Made by a program: the position numbers and the translations under genes
In this document: positions 48,356 through 50,757 of the stretch, one piece after another
Position numbering within the stretch: the first letter of the stretch is position 1
Layout: each line of letters begins with the position of its first letter
From: a virus
IMG/VR virus record: IMGVR_UViG_3300046724_000204
DNA length: 50,757 bases
Strand: one strand, 5' to 3'
Notes under the pieces: model-generated
What the model was told of the DNA's origin: nothing
Database searches by the model: none
Seen by the model: the letters and a program-made list of their open reading frames with translations, nothing else

Positions 48356-50754
48356 TGTCCGGGAGCGGTTTTCCCCCTAACCCAGGCCCTCCTGGTATGA
48401 TGCCGCCGGTCCCCGCGCCGGCTCTCCCCGGCGCCGGCATGATGGGCGCCCCGCCCATGGGGATGCCAGGTCCCGGGACCTTTCAGGGCGGTCCCGAGAT
48501 GCTCACGCCGCCCATCACCGACACCAACCCGGACGCCAAACTCATCTCGCGAGATCCCCCGGAGCCCGAAGAGGCGCGCCGGGCGCTGGTCGAACGCTGG
48601 CAGAAGCGTGTGCGCGAGGCGCGCACCCACTGGAAACCCAGCTTCGACCGCATGCGGTCCAACATGAACTTCGTCAATGGAGACCAGTGGGAGACCGAGA
48701 CCCGCCGCAGGCGCCGCAGGCGCCGCGACGGTGAGCGGGATGAACGCTATGTCGCCAACATCGCTCTCAGACACGTCCTGAAGCGCACCGCTGAACTCTA
48801 TCCGAACAACCCCACGGTGAAAGCCAAACGCCGTGAGAAGATCATGGCGAAAACCTGGGACGGCTCCGAGCAGGCATTGCAACAGGCCGAGCAGGCGCTT
48901 CAGTTCAGTGCCCAGTCCGGCATGCCGCCGCCGCCCAACATCGCCGCCGTGCTTCAGGACGCCGCCCTGGTCAAGCAATACGACCAGTTGATGGATCGTT
49001 TGGCGAAGACGCTGGAAATCCTCTACGGCTACAACGTCGAGGAACAGGTTCACTCGTTCAAGACCATGATGAAGATGACCGTCCGGCGGTCGATCATCAC
49101 GAGCGTGGGCTACGTGAAGCTGGGCTTCCAGCGCGCCATGAAGATGTCTCCCGCCATCGAGGCGCGGATCGCCGACATGTCCGAGCGCCTCGCCAACATC
49201 GAGCGGTTGTCGCAGGACCTCGCGGACGGCGAGATCGAACATGACAGCGCCGACGCCGAGAGCCTGAAGCTGGCCATCCGGGGGCTCACCCAGGAAGGTC
49301 AGCTTATCGTCCGCGAGGGGTTGGCGTTCGACTACCCGGACAGCACGGCGATCATCCCGGACAAGAAATGCCGCACGCTCAGGGGCTTCCTGGGCAGCGA
49401 CTGGGTGGCCCAGCAATACATCCTGACGCCCGACGAGATCCAGGAAGTCTATGGGATCGACGTGGGCAAGGGCTATACGGCGTACGACGGTGACGGTAAC
49501 TCCACTGAAACGATGCCGGTCCGGCACTATGAGGCCGGCGGTCGGGACGAGAACGACCCGGCTGATGGAGATGCCTGCGTCTGGGAGATCTATCACCGGA
49601 AAGACGGTCTCGTTTACGTGGTTTGTGACGGTTACAAGGACTTCCTCCAGGAGCCGAGCCCGCCGGACGCCGAGATCGAACGCTTCTACCCCTGGTTCGC
49701 TTTCGTATTGAACGAGGGCTACGACGAGACCGTGTTGTTTCCCCAGAGTGACATTGACTTGCTGCGGGATATGCAGCTTGAACTGAACCGCGCCAGACAG
49801 GGACTTCGCGAACACCGCCGCGCCAACCGGCCCAAGACCGTGGTCGCGGCGGGCATTCTGGAAGAGGTGGACAAGGAGAAGCTGAAAACGCATCCCGCCA
49901 ACGCCGTGCTGGAGTTGAATGCTCTCGCTCCGGGGCAGAAGATCGATGATGTGCTTCAGGTGGTGAAGAACCCGCCCATCGACCCGGCGGTCTACGATAC
50001 GGCGCCCACCTACGAGGACCTGTTACGGGTCCTGGGCTCCGATCAGGCCGATCAGGGGACCACGAGCGGCGCGACGGCGACGGAAGTATCCGTGGCGCAG
50101 TTCGCCCAGCACACCGACACCAGTTCGATCATTGATGACATGAACGATCTGCTCACCGATCTGGCGCGTGCCGGGGGTGAGTTGCTCTTGCTCAACGTAT
50201 CCGCCCAGGTTGTCCAGGAGATCGTCGGCCCCGGCGCCGTGTGGCCCGAGATCGACCGTGAGACCGTGGCCAAGAACGTCTACCTGGAGGTCGAGGCGAC
50301 CGCCGACAACGGTCCCGACAAGCAGCAGGACATCCAGAACATGACGCAGCTGCTGCCCATTTTGCAGCGCATCCCCGGCATCTCGCCAGAGTGGATGGCG
50401 CGGCAGCTGATCGCGCGCATGGGCGCGGATATAGATCTCACCGATGCCTTCGCGGAGGGCGTGCCCTCCATCGAGGCGTTGAACCAGTTGATGGCGCAGC
50501 CGCCCGGTGTTCCTGGTGAGCCCGGTCCCGACAGTGCCGGCAAAGGACCACCCAGGCCCGGGGCGCCCGATGAAGATCCCAACGCCCAGGGACCCGTGGG
50601 CATGACCAACGCCACGGGCGGTCCCGGGACAGCGGGACCGCTGGGTCCCAGAGTGCCGCCGATGCAGGTGTTCGGCGTGAACGGCAATCGTCCCGGGACC
50701 GGCGGCGCCATGCCAAGGATGCGGGCTTCGTCCCAGGGCATGCCCACTCCATGA
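48355..50754 (+). CDS. Portal protein
   Basis: 799 aa, directly after terL (TGATG overlap, GGGAGG 6 nt upstream of ATG 48355). Contains FVNGDQWE, a portal-typical G-x-Q-W motif. Size and position fit. Both termini are low-complexity and P/G/M-rich. Confidence 0.75.
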   Translation: MSGSGFPPNPGPPGMMPPVPAPALPGAGMMGAPPMGMPGPGTFQGGPEMLTPPITDTNPDAKLISRDPPEPEEARRALVERWQKRVREARTHWKPSFDRMRSNMNFVNGDQWETETRRRRRRRRDGERDERYVANIALRHVLKRTAELYPNNPTVKAKRREKIMAKTWDGSEQALQQAEQALQFSAQSGMPPPPNIAAVLQDAALVKQYDQLMDRLAKTLEILYGYNVEEQVHSFKTMMKMTVRRSIITSVGYVKLGFQRAMKMSPAIEARIADMSERLANIERLSQDLADGEIEHDSADAESLKLAIRGLTQEGQLIVREGLAFDYPDSTAIIPDKKCRTLRGFLGSDWVAQQYILTPDEIQEVYGIDVGKGYTAYDGDGNSTETMPVRHYEAGGRDENDPADGDACVWEIYHRKDGLVYVVCDGYKDFLQEPSPPDAEIERFYPWFAFVLNEGYDETVLFPQSDIDLLRDMQLELNRARQGLREHRRANRPKTVVAAGILEEVDKEKLKTHPANAVLELNALAPGQKIDDVLQVVKNPPIDPAVYDTAPTYEDLLRVLGSDQADQGTTSGATATEVSVAQFAQHTDTSSIIDDMNDLLTDLARAGGELLLLNVSAQVVQEIVGPGAVWPEIDRETVAKNVYLEVEATADNGPDKQQDIQNMTQLLPILQRIPGISPEWMARQLIARMGADIDLTDAFAEGVPSIEALNQLMAQPPGVPGEPGPDSAGKGPPRPGAPDEDPNAQGPVGMTNATGGPGTAGPLGPRVPPMQVFGVNGNRPGTGGAMPRMRASSQGMPTP

Positions 50755-50757
50755 GCG

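Overview
GC-rich contig whose first 127 nt (1-127) are identical to its last 127 nt (50631-50757). It therefore reads as one circularly closed replicon of 50,630 bp: a temperate tailed phage or prophage. The gene content looks podovirus-like: portal, scaffold-like, capsid, adaptor-like proteins, a block of Q/A/P-rich ejection-type proteins, an SLT transglycosylase, one 2212-aa giant virion protein and three receptor-binding proteins. I recognised no tape measure, tube or sheath. Layout: (i) a plus-strand late operon of about 32 kb running 36733 -> 50754 and on across the junction to 18759, interrupted by one reversed PAPS-reductase-like gene; (ii) a minus-strand early/replication operon (about 26956 -> 19189) encoding a Cro-like protein, RuvC-like resolvase, SNF2 helicase, Cas4-like PD-(D/E)XK nuclease, gp2.5/DUF2815-like SSB, an RpoA alpha-CTD-like protein and a family-A DNA polymerase; (iii) a plus-strand lysogeny block (CI-like HTH, excisionase-like HTH, tyrosine integrase, two small accessory ORFs) followed by a prim-pol/SF3-helicase gene; (iv) a minus-strand CobS-like AAA+ / CobT-like vWA pair. 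Most worth a second look: the ~660-bp ORF-free locus at 32328-32991, which holds a nested palindrome with (CG)6 arms around an AT-rich core, 14-bp iterons that also occur once upstream of the primase gene, and phased GGGACAG doublets. Related to it is a GGGAC(A/C) box family that recurs at the primase leader and, across reading frames, at the start of the late operon. Also notable are the alpha-CTD mimic, an Acb2-like small ORF after the capsid gene, the HExxH-bearing polyvalent giant protein, the CobS/CobT-like pair and a structured AT-rich convergent intergenic region (18760-19188). All functional calls come from motifs read in the translations and from gene order; no database search was possible.
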